A stretch of DNA of 64,000 bases from Tubiluchus corallicola (Eukaryota > Animalia > Priapulida): the NCBI GenBank assembly GCA_030141605.1, contig JAQGDQ010000609.1, positions 65,123-129,122 on the forward strand, given 5' to 3'. Position 1 is the first letter of the stretch. Every line of letters starts with the position of its first letter. Under the pieces are notes generated by a model that did not search any database, was not told the origin of the DNA, and saw only the letters and a list, made by a program, of their open reading frames with translations. Of the stretch, positions 40,811 through 52,246 are shown piece by piece. Position numbers and translations under genes: made by a program.

Positions 40811-41006
40811 CAAAACCGAAACTGAGTCCCTGAGCGAGGCCAGCAACAAACCCAGTCAGAGTAGCTGAGCTGCCGAACAAGTCCATGATTTCAATCATCA
40901 GAATCCCGTACGACTTGATTTGACCAGAAACCAGAAACTGTATTGTGAAGCCAGCAAATGCAATCACCCAACCCCATCCTCCCTCTGATCGTTTAGAAGC
41001 GTCCAT
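40811..41006 (-). CDS. SLC16/MCT-like gene, first coding exon
   Basis: MDASKRSEGGWGWVI carries the MCT signature (D/E)GGWGW; donor G/gtaagt. The four exons join in frame to 1569 nt (522 aa). Confidence 0.92.
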
Positions 41007-41479
41007 CCTAGTGACCCAAAAAGTGTAAAAACTATAAAAAATGTATGAGTTACATAATGGCAATGATACAGAAAGTGCAAGAGATGCAAATATTGTAAGA
41101 GAAGGCTGTAAAAGAGCTTGGTCCGTCGTTACAGATGAAACTAACTTTCCCAGGGACAAGAGACTAACTTATAAACGGATTGGGCCATTCTAGAAAAGAG
41201 GGGTGGCAATTAAGTGTTGTGACAACTCGTTGGGTATGATACAACGGCTTCAATAACAGTAATCGATAAACAATAAAAACATGAAAAATGCTCAAAAATA
41301 TGCACAATATTGGCACAATGCCAAAAAATTTTGATTTGTCAATCCAAAGTGTAATTATAGATAATAGGGCCTAGACTGTCAGATTTTCTTTACATTCTGT
41401 TTGTTGTTTACTCTTTTACATAAAAATTTCTGATCACCCATATCTAATCACTTGGGTATGCGTGTGATGTAACCCTGCT

Positions 41480-42110
41480 GGCGCCGTCTTCGACTTGCCT
41501 TAAATCAATGCTCTGTATATGCATCTAGTATGCTGACCAGCATGCCATGATTCTTAACTCCAGTAAAACAAAGTAAGCAAAGTGGATTTTATTTCCTAAC
41601 ATACAGAACTCAATTAACTTAGCTAGAATTATAGCTAATGGTACAGTGTTAAATTGGACTGACGAAGTGGGTCATCTGGGTCACAAACTAACAACGAACC
41701 TTAATGAAGTTAGTGATGTTGTAAAATGTAAAAAAAGATTTTATTTCGTCTGTTAATGCTATTTTGTGTTCCTTTAAGTCAGTGACAGATAAACAAGTAA
41801 TGCTTAGATTGTTTTATGTTTACTGCTGCTCCGTCTATGGATGTTCAAATAACAATTTATCAAAGAACTGAATGTCGACGTTATTCACTGTATCTAGAAA
41901 ATCATTGAGACGAATCTTAAACTTGCCTAGAAATTCTCATTCAAACATGACATTGTGAATTGCTGATACATATCCTCTAGATATACTCTTCCATAAGCGA
42001 ATTTGAAAATCTATTGTAACATAAATTTATCTGTTAATCCAGTTCTTTGCTCATTGGCTGTGTTAAATCACCATACTAGTATAAGTATTCTAGGTAGAAA
42101 CCGTATTAGA
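41480..42110 (+). mobile_element. Decayed LINE (L2/CR1-group) RT C-terminal fragment
   Basis: Interrupted frames read ...ILNSSKTK, LNWTDEVGHLGHKL, FISSVNAILCSFKS and LRLFYVYCCSVYGCS. Confidence 0.6.
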
Positions 42111-43651
42111 GCACACGTGAACCACCATACTTACGCTTATAGACCCTTAACGACATTATAGCGTACATTCTGTTCTGAACTTTGCATAATGAATATGTAA
42201 TTGAAGGTTTCACAGTTAATGATATTAATGAAATGTTGTATTCGCTACTAACAACATAATGTATATGCCAATGTCAATGACCCTGTTATATATTACATGT
42301 AATCCAGTCATTATGTGTGAATGAAGATGGTATATATAATTGATATGCTTGCAGGCAAATGTTTACAACATTAGCAATCTAATTTTACACTTTGTCACTA
42401 CTTTTACTAAGCAAAATTACGTGAACTTACCTTATATAGGCCCAATTACACCAATTATTGTGATTGTCTCAGATTAAGAAATTTCGCTTAACAAAACAGC
42501 GCTCTTGAGAAATTTTTGAGTGTTGCAGTTTTGCTAAAAACATGATGCATCATTAAATTTTACACATGCGCACAGGTATACGTTAAGTTTTTGTGGCAAA
42601 GATGTGACCACAATCAAAGATTCTTTTTCAAATTTGTACCAAATAACCTTTATTGTACATCACATGTGTAAAATAGACCAAAAAGCGAAGGTGAAGATTC
42701 TGTATTGCTTCACATTTACGTACGCCTCCTTCACATTCTTAGCATTCAATAGTTGCATTAATAAATACGTACATTTCAATCTATTCGTCAGAACGTATTT
42801 ACACAACCGGCGCATTATTTGTGCACTGGTAGATAATTACTGTGATATAGTTTTAGCTGTGTTTATGCTGTCATTTAAGTACAGTCATTATTGTCCAACA
42901 TGATACACTTATATCTGTTTAGTTAAGATGCGACCAATAATGTTACAAGCAAGCAATGGCGGCTCGCAATTAAAATTACTGGAGGGGGTGCTGCTTCAGA
43001 AATTTTTTAGCCATTGTTTTAATACTGTGTAAAACGTAACGAATATATGTAATTTTAATGTTGTAATTTGTAATTGTAATTTTAAACAAACAAACATACG
43101 AAAATTGATTCATTAACTTGACAAACTCCTAAACAAAAAATATTGTTTGCTGACGAATGTCCTAAATTGTCGCAGTTCAAGAAATATACGGTTGCACGGC
43201 TTTCGATCACGTGACAACTGACAACACACACTGTGTGAGCAACATTACTCTTTCTACCAGCGGTCGCGGCTTGTGTTTAGGTACTGTAGAACTGCAGCAC
43301 CATCCATTTTCACTAAATATTATCGATAATATTTAATATATGGAGTATTTTTTCTTTAGTTCTTTTTTTATACTTGTACGGAACCAGAGCACGTGAGGGT
43401 AGTACTGTTTGCTTCACAGCCCAGCACAGTACGCTCCAGCAATGCGGTGTTTGGCTGTTGTGCGCATGCGATAAGACCCTGAAAACCTATTTTATAGTAA
43501 AGGAAAGCTGTTTAAAAAAGTGATTTAAGATCAAATTTATAAAGATTAAATCCTTGACGATGCAAGATTAAATTACCATCTTGGCTAGGAGCCCGGCTAG
43601 GTGTGGCATATCACGTGATGATCAGTTGAGTCAGAAGTATTTTGGAACCAC

Positions 43652-44184
43652 GAGGTATTTTGGAACAGCACGCCTCTTAGATGCGTGAGAAATTTTGGAC
43701 AAGGGTCGTTAAAATTATATATTATTATTACCATGGTATAATTATTAATATTTATTTTTAAAAACTATGTACAGAATACATTCCCTCTATTTATAGGGAT
43801 ATGTTTAAAATTTCTAAAAGCATTTACAACGTATTAAACCTATTCACATATATATATATAATTTAGAATCCAACGCATGAGACACATTGAACGACAACGA
43901 TCATATACAGTAGACATAGTTAGAAATTATAATCTAACACTGCATACATACATAATAAAAGATAACGAACATATTTTAATACTTATTAACAAAAATTTAC
44001 ACACATTATACACAATGAAAAACAGCGAGTACAGTTATAATAAACATAATTACCAATTCTAATGTAAATTCACATAATCATAAATAAAAACAAAACAGCA
44101 TATAGAAAACACGACGAGAGTTGTAAAATTTCATCACCTAAAGACTGTTTATATAGGGGCGAAAGACGTTGGGAATTCATCCGA
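43652..44184 (+). mobile_element. Dispersed AT-rich repeat, inverted copy of 19538-20110
   Basis: Reverse-complement match to the 19.5-20.1 kb copy. The adjacent 43495-43625 resembles 21345-21495 in direct orientation. Confidence 0.88.
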
Positions 44185-45357
44185 TTACTGTAATACACGT
44201 AGAAATCACAGCAGCCACAGAATTCCTGACGAGATGCAATGAAATCGGTCACGTTCTGCAGAAGGGTTAACGTGCCTGGAGTGAAAGGGTTACTGCACAG
44301 AGATATGAAAACATTATCATTTTAATTCTTTAAATCACCAGAGATTTGAGGCGTTTTTGCTACTGTACAAACCTATCATATTTTGTTGTTGCATGTCTGG
44401 CTGAGTGTCAAAGAGACAAAAATGAGGACTAAAGGCGCGTGTACGCTATCGCCGTGTTCACACGGTTGCGGCAATGATCAAGACAACGACTTAGATCTGG
44501 CGGTGCGGACAGGCGCTGAAATGTTCACACTCGTGAATGTACAATGTGCTAAAGAGCCTCTTTGCTACACATCATAATACTCTGGGGACTTGGCAACTGC
44601 GCATGCGCATGAGACTTTGGTTATGTCTAGGCCTTAATTCGTGAAATATTCGTAAAATTCCTCTTGAAATTCTGTGTCACTTACACGATGAATTATTGCA
44701 TACAGAGGTAGCATCAACAGTAACACCATATAAAATTTGTAAATTTAACCTTCCATTTATTTTAAAATGGCCGCAGTCATTTTACAGGTCAGTCATTGAG
44801 TAAGAAATCGTAACAAGATTAGATAACACTGCGTAAAATTAAAAAATAATTAGCGTATTCGTAGTGTATTAATTACTGCACCTTTTTAATAAGGTTAATG
44901 TTTTTTTTTTGGTGAGTCAGTTGGAGGAACAGTGAGGTATTACCAATAAGCCTTTCCACAGTTTCGTTGTGCGCATGTGCAGTTGGTGAAGGTCAAAGGT
45001 TAAGGGTATCGCAGCAACGCGTCTTAGCTACAACTGTCATGTGACATGTGGGTAAAGCAAAGCCCAGTTCAGTAACTTCAGGTGTTTTCGTGGACTTTAC
45101 TTAACTACGAATTAGTCTGTGTGGGTTCTTGCTTGGGAACAAGGATAAATGAACTAGGTAAGGTTCTACGGCTAGCATTCGTCCCTTTTCCTAATTACTA
45201 TTGCAGTAGTATGGGCTGCGAGCCGTTGTCGAGTGTACACAAATGCGTTGTCTGGCGCATTTAACCTTTGACCTTTTCACGATCATCATCAAGTCGTGTG
45301 TTTAGTAAGTCATGTTATGCTTTAAACGTATTGCGCATATTCATATAGCTGGCGATC

Positions 45358-45871
45358 AACTATTCAAGTCAAAAATAAATTTTTTCTCATTGAACATTGA
45401 CACGTTAGCCATCGACAACCGTAACTGCTGGTACTTTTCCGGGAAGTATCCCTTCGAATGATATTTGGCGTCTGCATCCAGCTGGTAACAGTAACTCAAT
45501 GTAGAGCTGTTCTTATACAGCACGTGCATCGACTATTCAAGTTTAATAATTTATTTCTCATTGAACATTGACACGTTAGCCATCGACAACCGTAACTGCT
45601 GGTACTTTTCCGGGAAGTATCCCTTCGAACGATGTTTGGCATCTGCATCCAGCTGGTAACAGTAATTCAATGTAGAGCTGTTCTTATACAGCACGTGCAT
45701 CGACTATTCAACTCAAATAATTTATTTCTCATTGAACATTGACACGTTAGCCATCGACAACCGTAACTGCTGGTACTTTTCCGGGAAGTATCCCTTCGAA
45801 CGATGTTTGGCATCTGCATCCAGCTGGTAACAGTAATTTAATGTAGAGCTGTTCTCATACAGCACGTGCAT
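45358..45871 (-). repeat. 171-bp tandem triplication of the glycosyltransferase 3' end (49 codons + stop + 21 nt)
   Basis: ctcattgaacattgac starts at 45386, 45557 and 45728. Confidence 0.96.
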
Positions 45872-46092
45872 TTCTTTGGCAAAAGTCAAGAAGGTTCTTC
45901 TATTTTGCTTGATGGTGACCTTGTGTTTGTTCATGTAGAACTTGTTGCTAGGGATGATGCCTCGGTGAGTCACGAACGCGTTGTTAAGGACGCGAAACTC
46001 GTAGTCTTGGAGACACATCTCGAATAATTGTTGAATTTTGTTGCGACCGTGACCTCGGAAACGTTCGTCGTAGAGCGGTTCCGAACCGTCGC
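45722..46092 (-). CDS. B4GAT1: Beta-1,4-glucuronyltransferase 1-like (GT49), last exon
   Basis: Acceptor tgttgcag, phase 1; encodes PLYDERFRGHGRNKIQQLFEMCLQDYEFRVLNNAFVTHRG, the conserved GT49 C-terminal block. Confidence 0.9.
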
Positions 46093-46306
46093 CTGCAACA
46101 GAAATTCCAGATTTCAGCTGATTTTTTTTTAATCAACAGAAACTGCAACGACAAAATAAAACTGAAATGAAAAAGAAAAATGGAGAATTAAATGCAAAGT
46201 TTTGGGCCCTACGCTAATGAAAAGTCGGGGTCTCCTCAGACGGAGCTACCTTTTAATTTGCCCGCCAGCATCCGCCTTGAACATATATTTTAGCAACATA
46301 TCTTGA

Positions 46307-46427
46307 ATTTACGGTCATATCACGTTGAAAAACACCTGTTCTCGTCTCATCACCGAAGTTAAGCAATGTAGAGCCTGGTTAGTACCTGGATGGATGACCG
46401 CCTAGGAATACCAGGTGCTGTAGGCCT
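46307..46427 (+). rRNA. 5S: 5S rRNA-derived copy (diverged; pseudogene or SINE3 head)
   Basis: tacggtcatatcacgttgaaa...gaagttaagc...ggttagtacctggatggatgaccgcctaggaataccaggtgctgtaggc follows the metazoan 5S sequence, with boxes A and C. There is no oligo-T terminator. Confidence 0.9.
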
Positions 46428-46864
46428 GCGGGATGCACACACTGTATCTCGACCCTAGGTGGAGGAGCTGCACAAGCAGCCAACAGCTAGAGGGCGGAGG
46501 AGGTCAAGTGACCCAACGGCCATGTGTAGAGGAGTAAACCTTCCAAATGTGGAGTGGAGCCCCGAAGGCAGACCAGTGTAGCATGCTCACTGACTCCTGG
46601 CAGCTCCTACAGCCAACCTGTTGCCAAACGTATCGCTCCGCTTTTCTTTGGATTACACCAGGGAGGAAGAGAGGGGGTTCCTGTTGTCTGGGCAACTCAG
46701 GATCTCAATACACCTTGCCCAGGCGTGCACCCCGGAGACGTTCAAGGATCGCACTGCTCAGCCACAGTCGATGCTACAGCTCCATCAGTGTGATCAATAA
46801 CTGACTCTCTTGGCGCACACTCCTCCATTGTCTTCCGAGACAGAAGGATGCCAACAACAACAAC
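46307..46864 (+). mobile_element. Putative 5S-derived SINE (SINE3) with RTE-like body and (CAA)n tail, inside a B4GAT1-like intron
   Basis: The 5S head runs into a GC-rich body that is repeated at 20761-21069 and ends ggatgccaacaacaacaac. Confidence 0.6.
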
Positions 46865-47030
46865 GTAGTTTGAAGTAAACTTGTTGCAAATTCTTTAAAT
46901 AAACTAGAACAGCTATAAAACTTTTGTTTGTCAGTTTTTAAATATTCCTTAAGACATACAACTATTTCACTATTTGCAAACCAAATTAATACGTATTTCT
47001 ACTCAACCCTAAAGAAAACATGGATGTTTT

Positions 47031-47069
47031 TACCTACAGCACCTGGTATTGCTAGGCGATTACCCATCC
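47031..47069 (-). pseudogene. 5S rRNA 3' fragment
   Basis: Reverse complement ggatgggtaatcgcctagcaataccaggtgctgtaggta matches 5S from box C to the 3' end. Confidence 0.8.
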
Positions 47070-47342
47070 TTGGCATGAACTATTGATGTAGAAATCGCTG
47101 GCTTTTCAACTGATGTTTCGTATTTTTAATTTCTATATATTTGTATTTTTATATTTTTTTGTAAATTTTCTCATCTTTTAATGGTGCATGTAGCATTTCT
47201 TAGTTTTTTTGTGTAAATTTTTAATTTTTATATGGCATTTTTGCGTGCTGAAATGAAATTTTAATTAAATAAACAAAAATAAAAATTATAAAATTAAATA
47301 TTACATTACCCAGAAGTTTATTTTGAAGATTTTCTTAATTAC

Positions 47343-47469
47343 CTATGTAAACTGGTTCCCATCTTGGCAGAATCCACTTTGTGATGAAAAAAGTGTCTAA
47401 AGGTTCAACTGGGTTGGTCGCAAGCCAGACTTTATAGAACGGGACGCCATGACACCAGGAACAGGTTTT
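47343..47469 (-). CDS. B4GAT1: B4GAT1-like middle exon (absent from the ORF track)
   Basis: Acceptor tgttacag, donor G/gtaatt; encodes KTCSWCHGVPFYKVWL...RWEPVYI (CxxC and WEP motifs). Phases 0/1 fit both neighbouring exons. Confidence 0.9.
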
Positions 47470-48179
47470 CTGTAACAAACACTTTATACCATTAGCGATT
47501 AAAACACGCAAACAGAAGGGTAGAGCTTTGTATACTTATCCATATGGACCAAGCGAGACCTGATAATTCGACTAAATCTTTTGTTGCGTTCGGTCGCGCT
47601 GTAACATCAATGCAATCCTGTCAAACAAAGCTTGGGAACCTCTTTAAGTGATTTGCAGCTTGTATGGAGTAATACTAAAAATAGCAGCAAGGTGTGCATA
47701 CTCAGTAATTGGAAAAAAGAAAAATTGCTAGATTATTTCTTTTCAATTTAAAAAAGCAATAAGCCCATTAGTCTTCTATAGAAAAGAGCTTGAGGTAAAT
47801 CAGAATTTAGATCAACTTCTGCAGATTAAAGGAAAATAGAATGATTTTTCACATCCTACTCCATTTTGAGGTACAGTAAAAAGTATGACGCCTATAATAA
47901 TGTCCAGTCATTTCTGATGAATAATAGGTTAAAAGCTAAATTAATATCGGGCGAGCCCAACTACTGGGGGTTTTTCAAAAAATAGTAATATATCAACGCA
48001 AGCATAACAGAAGGAGATTTACATTGAGATGCCAATTTGGCCAGTAACCTTTTCTCAACAGGTACGAGACGCATCACAAATAATATAGAACCCGCCTTTC
48101 CGTAATTTCAACTGACAAGATTTATGATGTTATTATTGCCATGAACGACCTTCAAATAAAACTAGTATCTATTAAAGTG

Positions 48180-49495
48180 CTAAAATCTTGAAAACGCTCC
48201 TGGCTTTTTCTACTTTCCGGGAACGGGCCAGTGGTGGTGCCGGCAATTGATAGATAACCCGTTCAGCGGTGGGTGTCATAGGCATATTTAGAATTTGCGA
48301 GAGGGCCACGGCGTCCCGCAACGGGCATTTTCCCGGACCCAACTCGCGATTTTTTCGAAATTTTGACCAAACAGCCTATAGAAAAAACGTTCTAGCTGCG
48401 CCTGGTGGGACTCTTGGAAGGAGATGTAGGACTCTTTAGAAAAACGAAGAACAGGGCTACACGATGGTGCAGGCTATATGTTAGGACAGATCCACCAAGA
48501 AGAGTGACGGTGAGTTAATTAGATGTTCTATATTCGGCAATTTTCGCTTGGAAAACTGCTGACGCAAAGCCATTGTTCTGACGTCATCCATTATACTCTG
48601 CTTTTAACTTTAATTCAGTAAAAGCTGCTGCGCTGGCTTTGCACTAGATAAGTAAACGAACACTAGGTAGAATGTTCGCGCACTGTTGATTATGAGTGTA
48701 CTTATACGCAAAACTTTTCGCGGGGCCTTTGCTAGTCGTATATATTAATTCTACTGGTACATATATTTATATATTTATATATATATATAAGATTCGAGGC
48801 TACAGTTCGGACTACAGCACCATTTGCGGCGATCTATACGTCAAACAAAAGGTCTCGATCTAGTGTCGTGCCATTGGGCGCTTATTTTTCGAATCAGGCC
48901 CACCGGGACGAACGGGGTGCGAAAATCTCCAAAAATGGCCATTTTTCGGCCGTTTTTTTGCAAAACTTGTACGTCTAAGATCTGGAGAACGGGAACAGGC
49001 CATGGGTGGTGCTGGCTATGGATAGATAGCCAGTTCAGCGGTGGGTGTAGTAGGCATATTTAGAATTCGCGAGATGGCCAGGGCGCCCCGCAACGGGCGT
49101 TTTCCCGGACCCAACTCGCGGGTTTTTTTGAAATTTTGACCAAAGAGCCTACAGAAAAAAGTTCTGGTGGGACTTTTGGAAGGAGATATATAGCTCTTTA
49201 GAAAGAGGAAGAACAGGGCTACATGATGGTGCAGGCTATATGTTAGGACAAATCCACCAAGAGGAGTGACGACGAGTTAATTAGATGTTCCATTTTCGGC
49301 AATTTTCGCTTGGAAAACTGCTGACGCAAAGCCATTGTTCTGACGTCATCCATTATACTCTGCTTATAAGTTTAATTCAGTAAAAGCTGCTGCTGCTGGC
49401 TTTGCGTTATAAGTGAGGACTATGTAGGATGTTCTCATATTATTGATGATAAGTGTATTTATATGTAAACATTTTTTGCTGGGCCTTTGCTAGTT
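48180..49495. repeat. ~770-bp period diverged tandem duplication (about 1.7 copies) in a B4GAT1-like intron
   Basis: cgggaac..gcca starts at 48218 and 48990, colinear to gggcctttgctagt (~48735 / ~49494). Confidence 0.9.
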
Positions 49496-49569
49496 AATAT
49501 TATTGTTGATGTATAAGGCTAGGTCGACTATAAATCATACATAAAAGTATCTTGCAAACGAAATCCTAC

Positions 49570-50613
49570 CTGATGAAACGGTACTGCGTCCTCAGTATCC
49601 AGCAGTCGTGTCAATTCTTGTTTATTTCTGGGTAACGGCTGACTTTCTGAAACCTCAAAAGCAGGAAGTACAAAAACCCGCCGTTGATTCGAAATATTCT
49701 TCTCACGTTCTAGCATTTTGAAAAAATTATCTGTCAGATTTGCACTTGGTGTTAACTCAATGTCTACAACGAGGACACGTTCCGAGGTCACTGTCATACG
49801 GGCCGTGTTCCGTCCCACGTTAATGGGGTACGTCCCGAAAAGGGTGTCATTTGTAGGACCAGCAGACAGAAGTTTTGGCATCGCTCGGCAAGCGTGTTTA
49901 CGATGATTTGTTTGACGAAAACTATAAGGGAAAGATTTTTCTGGAAAAAATAAGGAAAATGAAACTTGTTGCTTGACTTTCGGGAAACATTTCCTTAAGA
50001 TTTTAATTCCACGCATGAAATAATCATATGTTTTTCCTGGAGTGAACAACGCTACTGAAACTGGTCCTTCAAACCTCTCTGTTAAATGGACCACATGATG
50101 TAAATACTGCCAGGAACATTGCGTTGCTATGGTTACCGTTCTCTTGTATGGGAACTTTCTAGTCCTGTTCACAAAATAAAGCACTTTGTTATAACGAAGA
50201 ACGTTCTTGGTGATGTAATCGTAAAACTCGGTAGTGATGACGTCATTAAACTTGACGTAATCAGCACCTTTGGGCAGGGCGACTTCCACGATGTCAGAGC
50301 GGATAGGAGGCAACGGTCCATAAACGTGTATTGTTCTGGGTTTTCTTTTTGGTTTGGTTTTGTTTTGATGAAGCTCTACAGCTGGTGTGGTAAACAATGA
50401 CGTTTGGTGGTGGACAGCAAGAAACGCGATGCCATTCAAACTTTGTTTCCAGTTTTGAACGACAAGTATCGTACAGACACACAAGATGGCCGCCATAGTT
50501 GCCTTGTGACGTTTACTAGCGGCATTCATGATGTAAGCCACGATTTTCTTATTTTGTCCAGTCAGAAAAAATACCATTATTCTCATTCGGTGATTGAGCT
50601 GCAGACGAACCAT
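49570..50613 (-). CDS. B4GAT1: B4GAT1-like first coding exon (type II TM, stem and catalytic N-half)
   Basis: VTIATQ, FEGPVSVALF, YPINVGRNTAR, VVDIELTPS (DxE) and VFVLPAFE motifs. Donor CAG/gtagga; acceptor tttcag two nt before the ATG. The true start Met could be a later one. Confidence 0.9.
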
Positions 50614-50624
50614 GACTGAAATGT

Positions 50625-51502
50625 ACGTAATAAACGGTTAAGGCAACTGATGAAATTGTAATGACAATTTCGTAAAAAACACTTGAGGCAACTGATGAAA
50701 TTGTAATAACAATTTCGAAATAAACGGTTAAAGCAACTAATGCAATTGTAATGACAATTTCGTAATAAACGGTTAAAGCAACTAATGCAATTGTAATGAC
50801 AATTTCGTAATAAACGGTTAAAGCAACTAATGCAATTGTAATGACAATTTCGTAATAAACGGTTGAGGCAACTGATGAAATTGTAATGACAATTTCGTAA
50901 TAAACGGTTGAGGCAACTGATGAAATTGTAATGACAATTTCGTAATAAACGGTTGAGGCAACTGATGAAATTGTAATGACAATTTCGTAATAAACGGTTA
51001 AAGCAACTAATGCAATTGTAATGACAATTTCGTAATAAACGGTTGAGGCAACTAATGCAATTGTAATGACAATTTCGCAATAAACGGTTAAAGCAACTAA
51101 TGCAATTGTAATGACAATTTCGTAATAAACGGTTAAAGCAACTAATGCCATTGTAATGACAATTTCGTAATAAACGGTTGAGGCAACTAATGCAATTGTA
51201 ATAACAATTTCTTAATAAACGGTTAAAGCAACTAATGCAATTGTAATGACAATTTCGTAATAAACGGTTAAAGCAACTAATGCAATTGTAATGATAATTT
51301 CGTAATAAACGGTTAAAGCAACTAATGCAATTGTAATGATAATTTCGTAATAAACGGTTAAAGCAACTAATGCAATTGTAATGACAATTTCGTAATAAAC
51401 GGTTAAGGCAACTAATGCAATTGTAATGACAATTTCGTAATAAACGGTTGAGGCAACTAATGCAATTGTAATGACAATTTCGTAATAAACGGTTAAGGCA
51501 AC
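50625..51502. repeat. 45-bp minisatellite, ~19.5 copies
   Basis: Unit cgtaataaacggttaaagcaactaatgcaattgtaatgacaattt. Confidence 0.97.
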
Positions 51503-52069
51503 TTTGCTGCAAAGTGTACCGACAAATTGCTCAAACTTCAAACAGTATTCTTTATTTTCTAGATAAGGTCAAATCAATCTACTCTATAAAATACTGAAAG
51601 GAAACAAACTATTTGTTTCAGAATGTCTTACGTAAAACAATTATTACTACACAAGCACAATTTCATGTTCACGCCACTAGTTCTTCACTGTTACGTGCAT
51701 TTCGCCATTCGCTAGTTAGACGGGCACCTGCTTTTGGGAAACGCATTGCACAAAAAACAAGCGCTGTACCTTTTAGTTCAGATGTGTTAGCTTGTGACGA
51801 ACTGCACACGTTCGACAGCTCATGCCTGAGCATAGCAGTAAATTTGATATTTGAATTTTTATCTTTAAACGTGCCTTAGTTTTAGCACAACACATTGAAT
51901 ACCTTACAGTAGCAGTGCACTTCAATTTTCACTTTCACAAACGCTTGCAACGCGCTCGTGAAATACTTTTGCTGTTGAAAATTATGTTAGTTTGTGATGT
52001 CATCAATAATTTTGCTCGCCAACCGTTAGTTAAGTTTTTAATCTATCATTTAATTGTCAGAAACGTTGC
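51502..52069 (+). mobile_element. Dispersed repeat 'R', partial copy
   Basis: Direct repeat of ~59402-59972. Confidence 0.9.
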
Positions 52070-52179
52070 AATGCAAATATTTGTTGCAAGTTTGACTGTT
52101 TTACGATTTTCGATATTACAAGTAAATTATAGATAATTAGCTCTGAAACTTGCGCGAAGTGACAGGGCATCGCCACAAG

Positions 52180-52198
52180 TGGTGCAAGAAACCCGGGA
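52180..52198 (+). promoter_or_regulatory. Primer binding site, tRNA-Phe-like
   Basis: tggtgcaagaaacccggga versus TGGTGCCGAAACCCGGGA (complement of the tRNA-Phe 3' end), 2 nt after the LTR end. Confidence 0.8.
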
Positions 52199-52246
52199 AT
52201 TTTCACGGTAAGATTAGCGATTTAGCTTGAATAATCAACGTAAAAA

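Noticed and set aside
44135-44260. Hammerhead-ribozyme-like motif CTGACGA-gatgcaat-GAAA-tcgg-TC (44226-44250) and a weaker one at 44137-44172
   Set aside because: Stem II is essentially absent and stem I is mismatched next to the core. The segment also resembles 21985-22070, which starts ttaaccct, so it is more likely a DNA-transposon end.
46307-46427. Functional 5S rRNA gene
   Set aside because: The 5' end and stems are mutated, there is no T-run terminator, and it is a solitary intronic copy; treated as a derived sequence.
50685-50730. Hammerhead core in the 45-bp array (CTGATGA-hairpin-TC-GAAA)
   Set aside because: Only one unit has GAAA, stem II is out of register by 2 nt, and stems I and III cannot form.
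50549-51541. Cys-rich 15-aa repeat protein (NCHYNCISCFNRLLR)n and the hydrophobic alternative frame
   Set aside because: A 45-bp unit stays open in some frames by chance. Neither frame is in frame with the B4GAT1-like CDS, and a good splice acceptor intervenes.
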